A stretch of 64,000 nucleotides of DNA from Octopus vulgaris (taxonomy: Eukaryota): assembly GCA_951406725.2 (NCBI GenBank), contig OX597814.1, positions 23,622,001 through 23,686,000 on the forward strand. The letters are read 5' to 3'. This document shows, in pieces, positions 52,203-64,000 of the stretch (position 1 is its first letter; each line of letters opens with the position of its first letter). The notes beneath the pieces are model-generated. The model was not told where the DNA came from. It saw nothing but the letters and a program-made list of their open reading frames with translations, and made no database searches. A program made the translations under genes and the position numbers.

Positions 52203-52891
52203 GCATGCATAGACACACACACACACACACATATACACAGATACATGCTAAGCACACCTATATTTATATATATCATCATCATCATCATCCTCATCGTTTA
52301 ACGTCCACTTTCCATGCTAGCACGGGTTGGACAGGAAATGTATGTATGTATGTATGTATGTATGTATGTATCTTTCTTCCTGGTTTTAAAATGTATTAAA
52401 TATATATTGACCACGCTGCTTGTATGTTATCAATATACACATCATCTCCAGTTATAGAGAATATTTATAATTGAAACTTTTTCATTATACTCTTAATCTG
52501 TCCCAGTGTGCTGTATGTTACTCATTACAATAGACATAGACTCTCAGTCATAAAATATGAGGTTTGATTCCCAGATCAGGCCACATGCTGTGTCCTTAAA
52601 CATAGTAATACTCTTCCCTCACTCCTGCAGCTGACCTCACCTTGTCATCTTGCTTGTCCTCTCCCAGTAAAATGTATCAGTCCTATCCTGTCACACTTCA
52701 CCCACCTATTTCTACCTGTATCCCTCTCTTCTTCCTCAATTCAAGACTCGTCGGTCATCACCTTTTCCCCTCAAGAGATGGAAGGGGAAAGTGAAGTTAA
52801 CGGAAAAGCAACCTGAAAACATTGGTGAGAATTTCAAAGACTAAGATAAATAGCATAAATGCAGATGTAATAAAAAGAAAATAAGACATAC

Positions 52892-52940
52892 CCAAGAGAA
52901 TGATATGAAGTATGAGAAGTCATGTCTACAGAGTGAGCTT
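52892..52940 (-). other. Candidate 49-nt exon
   Basis: Acceptor cattctaatgttttcag| and donor TGG|GTATGT in non-repetitive sequence. Confidence 0.35.
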
Positions 52941-53382
52941 CTGAAAACATTAGAATGATGTTATCGTCTACTGAGAATAAATAATGAAATACAGGTTGAC
53001 ATTGAGAATTAGCAAAATTATGCAAAAATGTTTGTGGATTTGTACTTTAGAGAAAAATATAGTTGTTTGAGTCAATAATCTATTTAACAACAAGGTAATG
53101 GGTAAATAGCTATATAAGTATTTCTGTGCTCATCACATTTATTCTCAAATGGACAATTCCTTCAAATTTAGAACATGTGTAGCAGAGTAAAAATAAATTG
53201 ACACAATAATCAGTTAGAGCTTTGTAAAAGCTGGTAGTTTCTTAGCTTGTTGTCATTATGGGGTCCTATCTATGAGATAATCATGTGAGGTTCATAATGT
53301 AGGGTTCAATCAGGATGTAGAAGTTGTGATTACAGCACCTAGTTTTCCTAAGCAATCACCTCTCTAAGTATTGACTAGGCAA

Positions 53383-53667
53383 ATCATCATCATCCTCATC
53401 GTCTAACGTCCGCTTTCCATGCTAGCATGGGTTAGGCGATTTGACTGAAGGTCTGGCGAACCAGATGGCTGCACCAGACTCCAATCTGATCTGGCAGAGT
53501 TTCTACAGCTGGATGCCCTTCCTAACGCCAACCACTCCGAGAGTGTAATAGGTGCTTTAATGTGCCACTGGCACGAGGGCCAGTCAGGCGGTACTGGCAG
53601 TGGCCATGCTCAAATGGTGCTTTTTATGTGCCACTGGCACAGGAACTAGTCCAGCAGCACTGGCATT
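53383..53667 (-). mobile_element. RTE LINE 3' terminus (older copies at about 53710-53900 and 54450-54650)
   Basis: catcatc...aacgtccgctttccatgctagcatgggtt...gcccttcctaacgccaaccactcc. Confidence 0.85.
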
Positions 53668-54040
53668 ACTTTTGGTAATCAGATTAGAACTGGTGTTTAC
53701 AGTGGGATCTTCATCATCATCCTCACCCTCTAACATCTATTTACCATGCAAGTATGGGTTTAGTGGTTTTAAAAGGAGCTGATGAGCCAGAGGATTGTAC
53801 CAATCTCCAATGTCTACTTTAGTTTGGTTTCTACAGTTGGATATCCTTTCTAATGCCAACCACTTTATAGAATGTACTGGTTTCTTTTTTTCAAGGCACT
53901 GGTACCAATTTATGTCATCAAAATAACTTTCAAGACGTGAACTCTCAACTGAGAGGGAGGGAAGCAGTATTGATATGTTGTGTTAATTATTTGTGTGGGT
54001 ACAGCTTGGAGACTAAAGGGTTGACTAGCCCAATGCATAC

Positions 54041-54115
54041 TGCATGAATCAATTTCTTCAGTCGCAATCCAAAGATCCACCAAGAGCAGAACACTGAACC
54101 TTCATCTTGTAACAT
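54041..54115 (-). other. Candidate 75-nt exon preceded by a 69-nt intron
   Basis: Upstream donor CA|GTAAGT at 54184, acceptor ctcagttgcag|, weaker donor |GTATGC. Confidence 0.25.
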
Positions 54116-55166
54116 CTGCAACTGAGATATCAACAGACAATAAATACTTATTAATACAATAATATATAGCCTTTTGTGACTTACTGGAAATGTTCCAATA
54201 CCATTTTCTGACAATATCTAACAATATATTTCCTGCAGGCCTCTTTAACATATAGCACCAAAGCACAGCAATGATTAATCAACAACTAGCAGATCTTCTT
54301 CACATAACACTATCATCATTTTCTTCACTGCCACCTTCATTTCCATCATCATTTTCATGAACACTTTGGGCTATTGACATCTAGCGTTTGCAAGAATTTT
54401 GGTTAATGATCTATAAGGTGTCACTGTTTTCTCAAGTCAGCTGAAGCTGTTATCATCATTATTATTATCATTTGACATCCATGTTCCATTTCCCTGCTGC
54501 AAGGGCTGGATGGAGTGACAGGATCCAACGAATCCAAAGATTGCATTATGCTCCAAAGCCTGCTTTTGCGAGGATTCTATGGCGGAACACCCTTCCTAAT
54601 GTCAACCACTTTACAGTGTGTTATAGGTGCTTCATTCATGCTACCAACGCTATTGGGGTTATCGTACTGCTCACAAGAATGGGGGTTGGCTTTATGCTGA
54701 GAAATGAGGGGATATATATAATAGGAAAGGGAGACAGAACAGGTTGTTGTAATAGAGCTGCATCATTATTCACATTTAGGCAAGGGAGAGAGATTGATCA
54801 GTAAGATTTATGAAGATATAGATATTCGCAATGAGGTGTACAGGTGGCTTCTCAAGGGTCCTGGTGGCTAGAAGTGGATGGTTGGGAAGAATTTGGGTTA
54901 GGCTTTGGAAAATTGTATGGGGAGGCAGCCTGTAACTGTAAAAAGGTTGGGTAGAGTTGAAGGGTGATGACTGATGTGTCTTGAGTTGTTGAAGGATAGA
55001 GGAATGTAGGAAGAAGTGGGGGGGGAGTGTGGCAGGACAAGGTGAGGTTAGCTGTAGAAGCAGGGAGAAGAGAGAGGCATGGAACATGGAAGTAAATTAC
55101 CATGTTTAAGGACACAATCTGTGGCCTGGTCCCCGCCCCCAAAAATTCAAACATAAAAACCTTAGG

Positions 55167-55370
55167 ACAGGGTTTTGAAAAGTTCCTAGCTTTAAGGGTA
55201 TCATGAAAGGCCTGGCTGGAGGCCCAACCTTCCGAGTTCTTTTAAAGGGCTTAAAAAAAACTGAATAAGTGTGTGAATTTGAGAAGGGAATATATTCAAT
55301 AAAATCATAATTAACAGATCCTCCTGTATTTTCTTTTACTCGAAGCCAGGAACTTTTCAGCAACCCCTCA
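55167..55370 (-). mobile_element. Mariner-type MITE
   Basis: Reverse complement of the 1138-1338 family; gccaggaacttttcagcaacccctca|TA. Confidence 0.8.
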
Positions 55371-56143
55371 TATGATTGAAAGTCCATTATCCCAACCATT
55401 GCGACACACACCTTCACACAGAGCACTTTACAAAACTAAAAGTCATCGGATCACTCCCAAGCAATCAAAACAACAACCCTTCCTAAACAATTATCACTTG
55501 AAAATTGAACAAACATCAAACTACTAGAGATAAGCCTTAATATAATCAGTATTGACATCATGATAAATTTTCCAATAAATAACTACAGAACAAAGAAATC
55601 CACTGAAATCATGACAGAAGCCAGATCAAAATTTCTTACTACACACCATTATATAAATACAACAAACAAAGCCAATGAAAGAGCTAAGAGCCAATAAAGA
55701 AGCCTCTATGTTTTGCTCTGCTAGAAACAGTAGCCAAATCATCCTGAACATCATAAAAAAAAGACACATAGGATATTATAGTCCTGTATACATTAGGAAA
55801 TAGAAAATAGATGGGGTGGCCAAAGCTTGAATACCTTTGATCATAGGTCTGCTCAATTAGGGTAAAAGAACAGCATATGCTTTTATAATGGAATCAAAGT
55901 AACAGCCTAACAGCCTTAACATGTACATAAGCTATAACACATAGCTATCATTCAGACTAGAGCTCCCATAAATACGACCATCATAGAAATACGAATTTAT
56001 GTCTGAAAACGCATCCCTTAGAAGTAGCCAACATATACAAATATTCTCTACAAACATAGCAAATCAGCAACATCAGAAATTCATCAGCATGTCTAACACC
56101 AAGCTCTATGGTTTTATTGTCTTTTTCATCTAATTGATTTAAA

Positions 56144-56187
<44 letters not shown>

Positions 56188-56285
56188 ATAGCAGCAGTAG
56201 TAGCAGCAGCAGTTGTAGTAGTAGTAGTAGCAGCAGCAGTAGTAGCAGTAGTAGCAGTAGCAGTAGTAGTAGCACTAGTAGTAAC

Positions 56286-56317
<32 letters not shown>

Positions 56318-56420
56318 CACTAGTAGTAGCACTAGTAGTAGCACTAGTAGTAGTAGTAGCAGCAGCAGTAGTAGTAGTAGTAGCAGCAGCAGCAGTACCA
56401 GCAGTGGTCGTAGCAGCAGC
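56144..56420. repeat. Compound (AGT/AGC)n trinucleotide repeat
   Basis: Directly visible; source of the poly-L and poly-T/A ORFs. Confidence 0.95.
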
Positions 56421-57205
56421 TGAAAATTCCTGACACTTTCTCGTTTGTCCATCCCTATCCATCTGCCAATAATGTTTACTGTCTCCTCTGGTGATATTAT
56501 GTAGAAGACCTTTGGCTGTAATTGCCTTCATATTAAAGCCTGCTTTGCAAATGTTGCATGCATGTGCAGTATTACCAGACTTTTTTTCTTTTTATTCCCC
56601 ACCACCCCTTAACTAGCAGAAAAACTTCATTCATGACAAATTTACTAAAAAAGAAACTAGGAAATCTGTAAACGCTAAAAAGAAATTAGTTGCTTCCATT
56701 CACTTCTGTTCATTTGGGCAAAGTTGTCCTCATCATCATTCCCGTCACCATCATCACCACCACCGCCGCCGCTGCCACTGCCATCACCACCACTGCCACC
56801 ACCATCCTTATCATCATTATCATCATGAGCCCCACACTCTATCTCTGTTCCTCATTATCGTTATCATCACTCATCTGTTTTCCATGCAATATTTTCTTAT
56901 TCATTTTTCCATGCAATATTTTCTCCTGCTCCCTGCTTTTGTTATTCACATTCATGCGATATAGAGTTAATTCAAGTTTCATATCTTTATTTTTATTTCA
57001 ACATTAGTATTTTTAATTCATACCACTTTTTAAGCATGTAATATTATAGCTAGTGTTGAAAACCATCAAATGTCTTAATTTAGAAACATTTCTTCTCAAG
57101 AGAAAATTATTACTTCTGCTTTCAATTATTTATTAATTCAAGTGTAATGAGATTTGATAATTTTTCCATTACTGGCTATGAACTATAAAAACAAAAACAA
57201 CCATT

Positions 57206-57332
<127 letters not shown>

Positions 57333-58285
57333 ATGGTATATGTGTATAAAAAAATTTTAATCAAATTTACAGGAAATATTAATAGTTAATTCTGTTCTCA
57401 TATAGACATACAGACAATTAGACATTTCTTTATATCTGCATTTTCAAAATAATTTGTACCAAAAGAGGAAGCAAAAAAACAACCCAAAAACAACATAATT
57501 TTAATGTATGTAACTGATAAACTCATTACTCTGTTAAAAACTACTTAAACATTTTATTAATATAGAAGAATATATCAAAGATATTTCAACCATTACAGAT
57601 AAAAGTCTAAAGATCATGAAATATATTCTGAGATAAATATGTATATTAAGAGTTGATCATTTCCTGACATAGATATAGAAATATAATAAGTATTATTGAT
57701 TGAGAATAGCTTATTCATATCACCAATTCTAGAATACTATATGTTATGAAAAGAGAATGAGTGAAAATTATTAACAGTTTCTTAAATGAAATCATATTCC
57801 CTTAATGTTTTGTATTTTGTATATAGAGCAAAAAGTTTTGCAACTTCTGTTAATCTGTGGTTTGATATTTTCTTATGAGATAAGCATTTTGAATAGAGCA
57901 TTTTGAATTGAAATTTTTATGAAAAATGATATTTTTCAATTATTCATTATTAATTTTTTCCCCCCTTTGATATTGCATTTAATGCAAATTTTGTGTAGTT
58001 ATACTTATCAAAGATTGACTACTGTATAGAACATACAGCAAAATAGCATAAGAAAACTGTCATGTTTTTTACATATGTAAAACCAAGAAAAGTAAGTACA
58101 TTATTTCATACAAATTCTTATAGGTATTTATTTTAAAGGAAGTTTTTTTTTTAATATTTTTGTCTAGTTTACAAAATGACATAGCTAGTCAACCTGAATA
58201 TGAATTACATTGGTGTTATATCAATTAAGAAGATAATATCAAATCTTGTTTAGGTGGCCAAATCTAATGCCTGTGATTGCTTTAA

Positions 58286-58505
58286 CCCTTTCATTACTGT
58301 ATTTATTTTGAGATGCTCTGTGTTTCTTTCAGTTACTTTAAATATAACAAAGAATTTAATAAAATAACTTACTTATCATTCAGCCAGTGTTAGGAACATA
58401 AATTGTGACTAAAGTTTGGTGGAAGATTTTAATTCAGAACTTATGAAAGCAAGACATTTGTACTCAGAGCCAGAGCCGGTTTCAGCCGGGTTGGTAACGA
58501 AAGGG
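58286..58505 (+). mobile_element. piggyBac-type MITE
   Basis: TTAA|ccctttcattac...gtaacgaaaggg; right TSD altered. Confidence 0.85.
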
Positions 58506-58619
58506 TCTGTTTTTGTGTAACTCGCTTTCTGTACTATATTATTTTATACACGTAAATATTCTTTTCTGCTCTAGGCACAAGGCCTGGAATTTTGGGGCAG
58601 TCGATTAGATCAAACATGT

Positions 58620-60770
58620 TGTTAATATTGTGCGGATGTTGTATTAGAATTTTTACTGTTTCCTTGTGTGTGTGTGTTTTATGCTATTGAGTGTGATAGT
58701 TTATTGAACTTGATGTTCTCTAGTGTTACTTGTAAGGAAGAAGGCAGTAGTTGTGACATGTGCTATTTTAAGTCTGTTGTGAAACTAGGTTTCAAAGCTA
58801 TCCAGAGAATAATAGGTGGACATGAATCTGATGTCTTCTGCGTTTGATAAAACCCAAATGTTTTGTGGCAGTGAGAGGATATAATGTTAGTATAAATTGA
58901 AAAGTGTGGATGACAGGATGGATATCTGAGACACTTTATTTGGGAAAATACAGCAATAATTCTTGTAAACACTATTGGCTTGGTAGCTTAATGGGTGGTT
59001 TTCTAGCTAACATTTTGAATCGTTTCTGAAGGCAGTAATTATGACATGTGCTATTTTAAGTCTGTTGTGAAACTAGGTTTCAAAGCTATCCAGAGAATAA
59101 TAGGTGGACGTGAATCTGATGTCATCTGCGTTTGTTCATGCCCAAATGTTTTGTGGTAGTGAGGGGTGATCACGTTAGCATAAATTGAAAAGTGTGGATG
59201 ACAGGATGGATCTCTGAGACACATTATTTAGGAAAATACTGCAATAATTCTTAACTCTATTGGCTTGGTAGCTTAACAGGTGGTTTTCTAGATAGCGTTT
59301 TGAATTGTTTTTGAAGGTGAGGTTGAGTGGACAGCTGAGAATAGAGTCAAAAGCTTTGCTGGTGTCGACACTAGTTAAAATGGTATGTAAGTGTTTTTTT
59401 TTGTTTTGTTTTTTTGCTGCTGGAACCATCATCTAGTTTCTGATTTTTATGCAGTATGTGTATATTATTTGAAAATATTATTGAGACATGAGTGTGGTGT
59501 AACTATTATTACTGTTGTTGCTGTTGATAATGTTAAAGATAGTGATGATGTTAATTACTCTATATAATGTTTTACTTCTAGTTTTCTGATTTATGTTGGA
59601 TACAAATATTTGTCAGTTTATCTATGCTTTATTCATTTTCTTTTTGTTTTCTTGTTATTTCCTTGTTTTGTTATTTGAAGCTAAGTATTATTTCAGAGTT
59701 GTTTGTGATTTCGTATATTGAATGAGACTGTGTCAAGATTTTATGAGGCTGACTATTTCTGGTGTGTATTTTATGAGGCTGACTATTTCTGGTGTGTAAT
59801 TGAGATTGTGTCTTTTATGCTGCTTTGTATGATATATTTCTTAGATGCACCTATAATTAGTTTGTATGAGTTGCATAGTTGATGCTGCTGGTGATTGTGG
59901 TGTTGCTGAATTTTGAAAACTTTCGTTTTGTTTCTTTATGTACTTGTTCCATCGCATTCTTTTGAAGTTTAGAAAATGCTTTTGCTTTCTTCATTTATGT
60001 GTGAATTTACAGTGAGGATAATTAAAAGGTAGTCCAAAAAAGTTAAGGAATTGTTTGCCAGATAGTTGTGGTAGCTGTGTGAAACAGGTGATGTCCAGGG
60101 AAGAGTTATTGAAGTTAGCTTGGTGAAGTATTGTGTGTTGATGTGAATTGCCTAGGATGTAAAGGATGTTGAGGTCAGGTTATGTAATATCACACTTATT
60201 ATCTGTACTGTACAAAAACCAGGTGGAGATGTAATGGCCCAGTGGTTAGGGCAGCGAACTTGTGGTCGGAGGATCACGGTTTCAATTCCCAGACTAGGCG
60301 TCATGTGTGTTTATTGAGCGAAAACACCTAAAGCTCAACGCAGCTCTAGCAGGGGGTGGTGGTGTCCCCTGTTGTACTCTTTCGCCCCAACTTTCTCTCA
60401 CTCTCTCTCTTCCTGTTTCTTGAGTAATGCTGCGATGGACTGGCATCCCGTCCAGATGGAGGGAACATCAGAAACTGGGAAAGCGGGCCCATGAGCCTGG
60501 CTAGGCTTCAAAAGGGTGCATAAATAAAATAAAATAAACAAGAACCAGGTGATAAGTACATTGAAATTTCCTCAAATTTATGTTCTTTTTTTGTGTGTGA
60601 TTGTGTTTTAGTGCTGCAGCTGGTAGGCATAATCTGAGGGATGAATGATGAGTTCAATGGTGATACATAAATGAACAGGTGTGGGTATAAATTGAAATGA
60701 TGGGTGTTTGGTGTTCATGTAGTAAGAATGGTTTCTGAATTATTGTTATACAAATTTTGTGAGAGATGAT
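58620..60770 (-). mobile_element. Decayed APE-RT LINE with an internal tandem duplication
   Basis: TILTSVDTSKAFDSI, VSQRSILSSTLFNL, NADDIRFTST (YADD), endonuclease-like SSLDITC; outer limits approximate. Confidence 0.75.
60226..60537 (+). mobile_element. tRNA-derived SINE family D inserted in the LINE
   Basis: tggcccagtggttagg A box, ggtttcaattccc B box, (TAAAA)n tail, 14-bp TSD acaaaaaccaggtg/acaagaaccaggtg. Confidence 0.9.
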
Positions 60771-61479
60771 AAAATCTTTTAATCCCATAAATGTATTTTA
60801 ATGCTGTTAAACATTGTATTACAGAACTTTTACATATTTAGTACCATATTTCAAATTTTAATTTTCTAAGTAAAACATTTATACGTAAATGCATACTGTA
60901 CAGACCTGTAATGCTGGGAAGGAGAGAGTGAAAACACTTCCTGTTTTGGTCATAGTTATTCATTTAGTGTTAATATTACATCACCTTTAAAGTCATGTGT
61001 TTTTTCTGAATTATTTGTGATTGTTATTGTTAAGGAGGGTATGAGCATTTTGAAGACTTTGTAAGACACATACCTTTGCAGAGATTTCAGTGCTTGATTC
61101 ATGTAGAATTGTAGCATTGGTCATCCTGCACCAATTTATACTGTGAGAGATATTTGCCTATGTTAAGACAAGACATTATTGTTTAACCAGCATTCTACCT
61201 GTGAACATTCTATCTTTTCTTCAGATGTATTATATTCTGTATAACTTTATACTGAATCTTTAGCAATTTTTGAAGTAGGTAGTGTTTGAGGAAAATTTTG
61301 TGGGGTCAATTTCAAGTAGATCAAGTTATTACCTAGAAGCTTCCTTGGTAGCTCATATAAAGGTCTTATTGCTTACTGACTCACTAACACTAAACTATTA
61401 CTTCAATGATAAAAATACAAATTTACTGGTCATGTACTGTGTTTCATTTAAAATATGTTTAAAATATCAGGAAATACAT

Positions 61480-61869
61480 TTTACTCTGTTATTTGTTCCA
61501 GTCATTTGACTGCAGCCATGCTGGAGCACCGCCTTTAGACGAGCAAATTGACCCCAGGACTTATTCTTTGTAAGCCTAGTACTTATTCTATCAGTCTCTC
61601 TTGCCGAACCACTAAGTGACAGGGACGTGAACACACCAGCATCGGTTGTCAAGTGATGTTGGGGGGATAAACACAGACACACACACATATATATATATAT
61701 ATATACGACAGGCTTCTTTCAGTTTCTGTCTACCAAATCCACTCACAAGGCTTTGGCTGGCCCGAGGCTAAAGTAGAAGACACTTGCCCAAGGTGCCACA
61801 CAGTAGGACTGAACCCGGAACCATGTGGCTGGTGAGCAAGCTACTTACCACACAGCCACTCCTGCACCT
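61480..61869 (-). mobile_element. SINE family A
   Basis: Full-length match. Confidence 0.9.
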
Positions 61870-64000
61870 ATGGAAAAGAATAAAACATAATGTCTTATTT
61901 ATTTGTTTAAATTTCATATCATAATGTGTGAACAATAGTGTCATTGATTCCAATGGGCCAATCATTAATTCACTGCTTTTCTGATTGTGAGAATGATGAG
62001 GCAGAATCTGTAACCTGGTGTGGAAAAAAAATTTGTAAAGGAATTCTTGTTTAAAGAGAATTGTTGTATTTGTTTTTATCTTAGGCATATATTAGCTAGA
62101 AATAAAAAGAAAGAAGGAAGGAAGGAAGGAAGAGGGTGGGTTGATGGATAGATGGATGGATGGATGGATAGATGGATTGGTGGCTGGAATGAGTGGCCAG
62201 AAGGACATACGGCTGGATAGAAACTACAGCTTCTGTATGGTTTCTATCTATCAAATTTTATTCATAAGATATTGATTGGACAACCAGAGACAATAGCTGA
62301 AAGCCTATTCTCCAAGATTCATGAAATGTGGTTAAATCTTGACCTACAAGACAGTGAAGTAAACTTCTGTAATGGATAAAACCACCTTAGTACAATTTAA
62401 ACTGACGATATTACAAATTATTATTACATAACAATCGTATACATATGATTTAGAGCTTCGCATTTAAGAATTCAAGGCCAACTAAAAAGACAAACAAATG
62501 TGGAGTATTCTATATAAACGAAATGAAATTTAAAAAACAACTAGATGGTAAGCTGATCAAACTTCATTGATAGTTGCAGTTGTTTTCAACTAAACATGAA
62601 AAACTCATAAGATTCATGGAACAAACATGACTTCTCTACAAAAAGCCTTTAGCGATGTAACTGAACTTCTGCAAAAAATAGTCACAAAGAGGCGGAGGGG
62701 AGGGGAAAATTGTGTAGAAGAATGGAAAAAATATGATATCAGTTTGTTTTTATTGCTCTCAATGCCTCTGTGTTTGAGTATATTTCACCAACAAATCAAT
62801 TTTGTTTTGAAAAAGAATAAGTGTTCAAGCTAGGGGCATTTAAATAACTTTATAGAGCTTGAAAATAGTAGAGAAAAACATAAAAACAGTCATTTGTAAC
62901 TATAAAAACAAATAAAAGAAAACATTTTTTATATGTTGTCATTATTCAAAGAAAAATACTTGTTATAGTCGCCATATGTTATATAAAATAATCAGTATAA
63001 GTTATTTAGTCTGTGGTTGTTGTTTTGAAGCTGTCTACCGCTTTTTGAAGAGAAATATATGAGAATTAGTGAAAAAGATATTTTGGTTTTGTTCCATTTT
63101 TGTTAAATATAAATTAGATGCAAAAATCAAATAAAAGAAGTAATTATGACAAAAGTGTCTTGAATAAGGTCAGAAGAAATTTAAACAATGAATTATAACT
63201 ATTTAAGAGATTATTCCACTTTCATGATTTTGCTAGATAAGAAAAAAGAAAATGTTTTTCTTTTTAAATTTTAACATAGATATATTTCAATTGTTTAAAA
63301 TTCTATTCAAAAACTCAAGTTTCAAATATTGATTAAACTTCTTATTTTCTATTCTAAATAATTCACTGTTATTAACACATAATACTTTCTGTTTCAGTTG
63401 TCATCTATAAATAATTTGATCAGCGTACAGATACCAGAGATGTTATTGTTGTTGGCATTATTTAGCCTCCAGATCAGTCATTATGATGCATAATTTATTA
63501 TAAAAGAAGTTCCAGTTATGACCATCCTGTCCTTTTAGAGATATGTACATCTAGATGTTTTAATGTATTCTGTCCTTATGCAAGACAGAGAGATGTGACT
63601 TGAGGGCAGATTGGCTGCTATTTCTAGAAGGTTGAGGTAGCTTCTAAAAGGTTTCATCATTTGCTAGAGCTACCACATTAGCTTGTAAAATCATAATATT
63701 TGTTGCATATGTTTGAGGGAAATTCCTCTCTCTCTCTGTTATATATACATAAATATGGATGTAATAGATAACAGCTAGCCTTCAGCCGCCCGTTTAGACC
63801 CTGTTGTGTCCACTACTCTGATTGGTTGGTATTGGTACAACTTATCACTTGCTCTACTGTGCACCAATATGCAACCCAACCAATCACAGCCTTCTGATAA
63901 GGTCACATGAGACAGTCTCTTCTAAACCCCTGGTGAGCTGATTGCACCCTATACAACTCTAGCTTCACATCGAGTTGAGGTCTTTTGGTTCCAGACCTTT

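Noticed and set aside
56126-56531. ORFs encoding poly-Leu and mucin-like poly-Thr/Ala
   Set aside because: Translation of an (AGT/AGC)n microsatellite; no convincing splice context

Overview
AT-rich, microsatellite-dense animal genomic DNA. The repeat repertoire looks like an octopus (coleoid cephalopod) genome; this is inferred from sequence style, not from a database search. Most of the window appears intronic or intergenic and is filled with tRNA-derived SINEs, decayed LINEs (R4/Dong-like, RTE, CR1/L2-like, and an APE-RT LINE), a Gypsy integrase remnant, Penelope-like elements, mariner- and piggyBac-type MITEs, and non-autonomous Helitrons. No complete protein-coding gene is visible, and nearly all listed ORFs are microsatellite or TE artefacts. 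A set of well-bounded minus-strand exon candidates (2833-3002, 462-521, 249-308, from 150 downward, plus weaker ones at about 26.2, 52.9 and 54.1 kb) suggests the 5' part of a spliced transcript running off the left edge. The most striking feature is about ten minimal hammerhead-ribozyme (HHR) motifs. They include one intact canonical motif in an inverted Penelope pseudo-LTR, a recurring non-canonical CUGUGGA core in two dissimilar small repeat families, and a 152-bp retrozyme-like tandem/fold-back unit. All coordinates were read by eye; TE boundaries are approximate.
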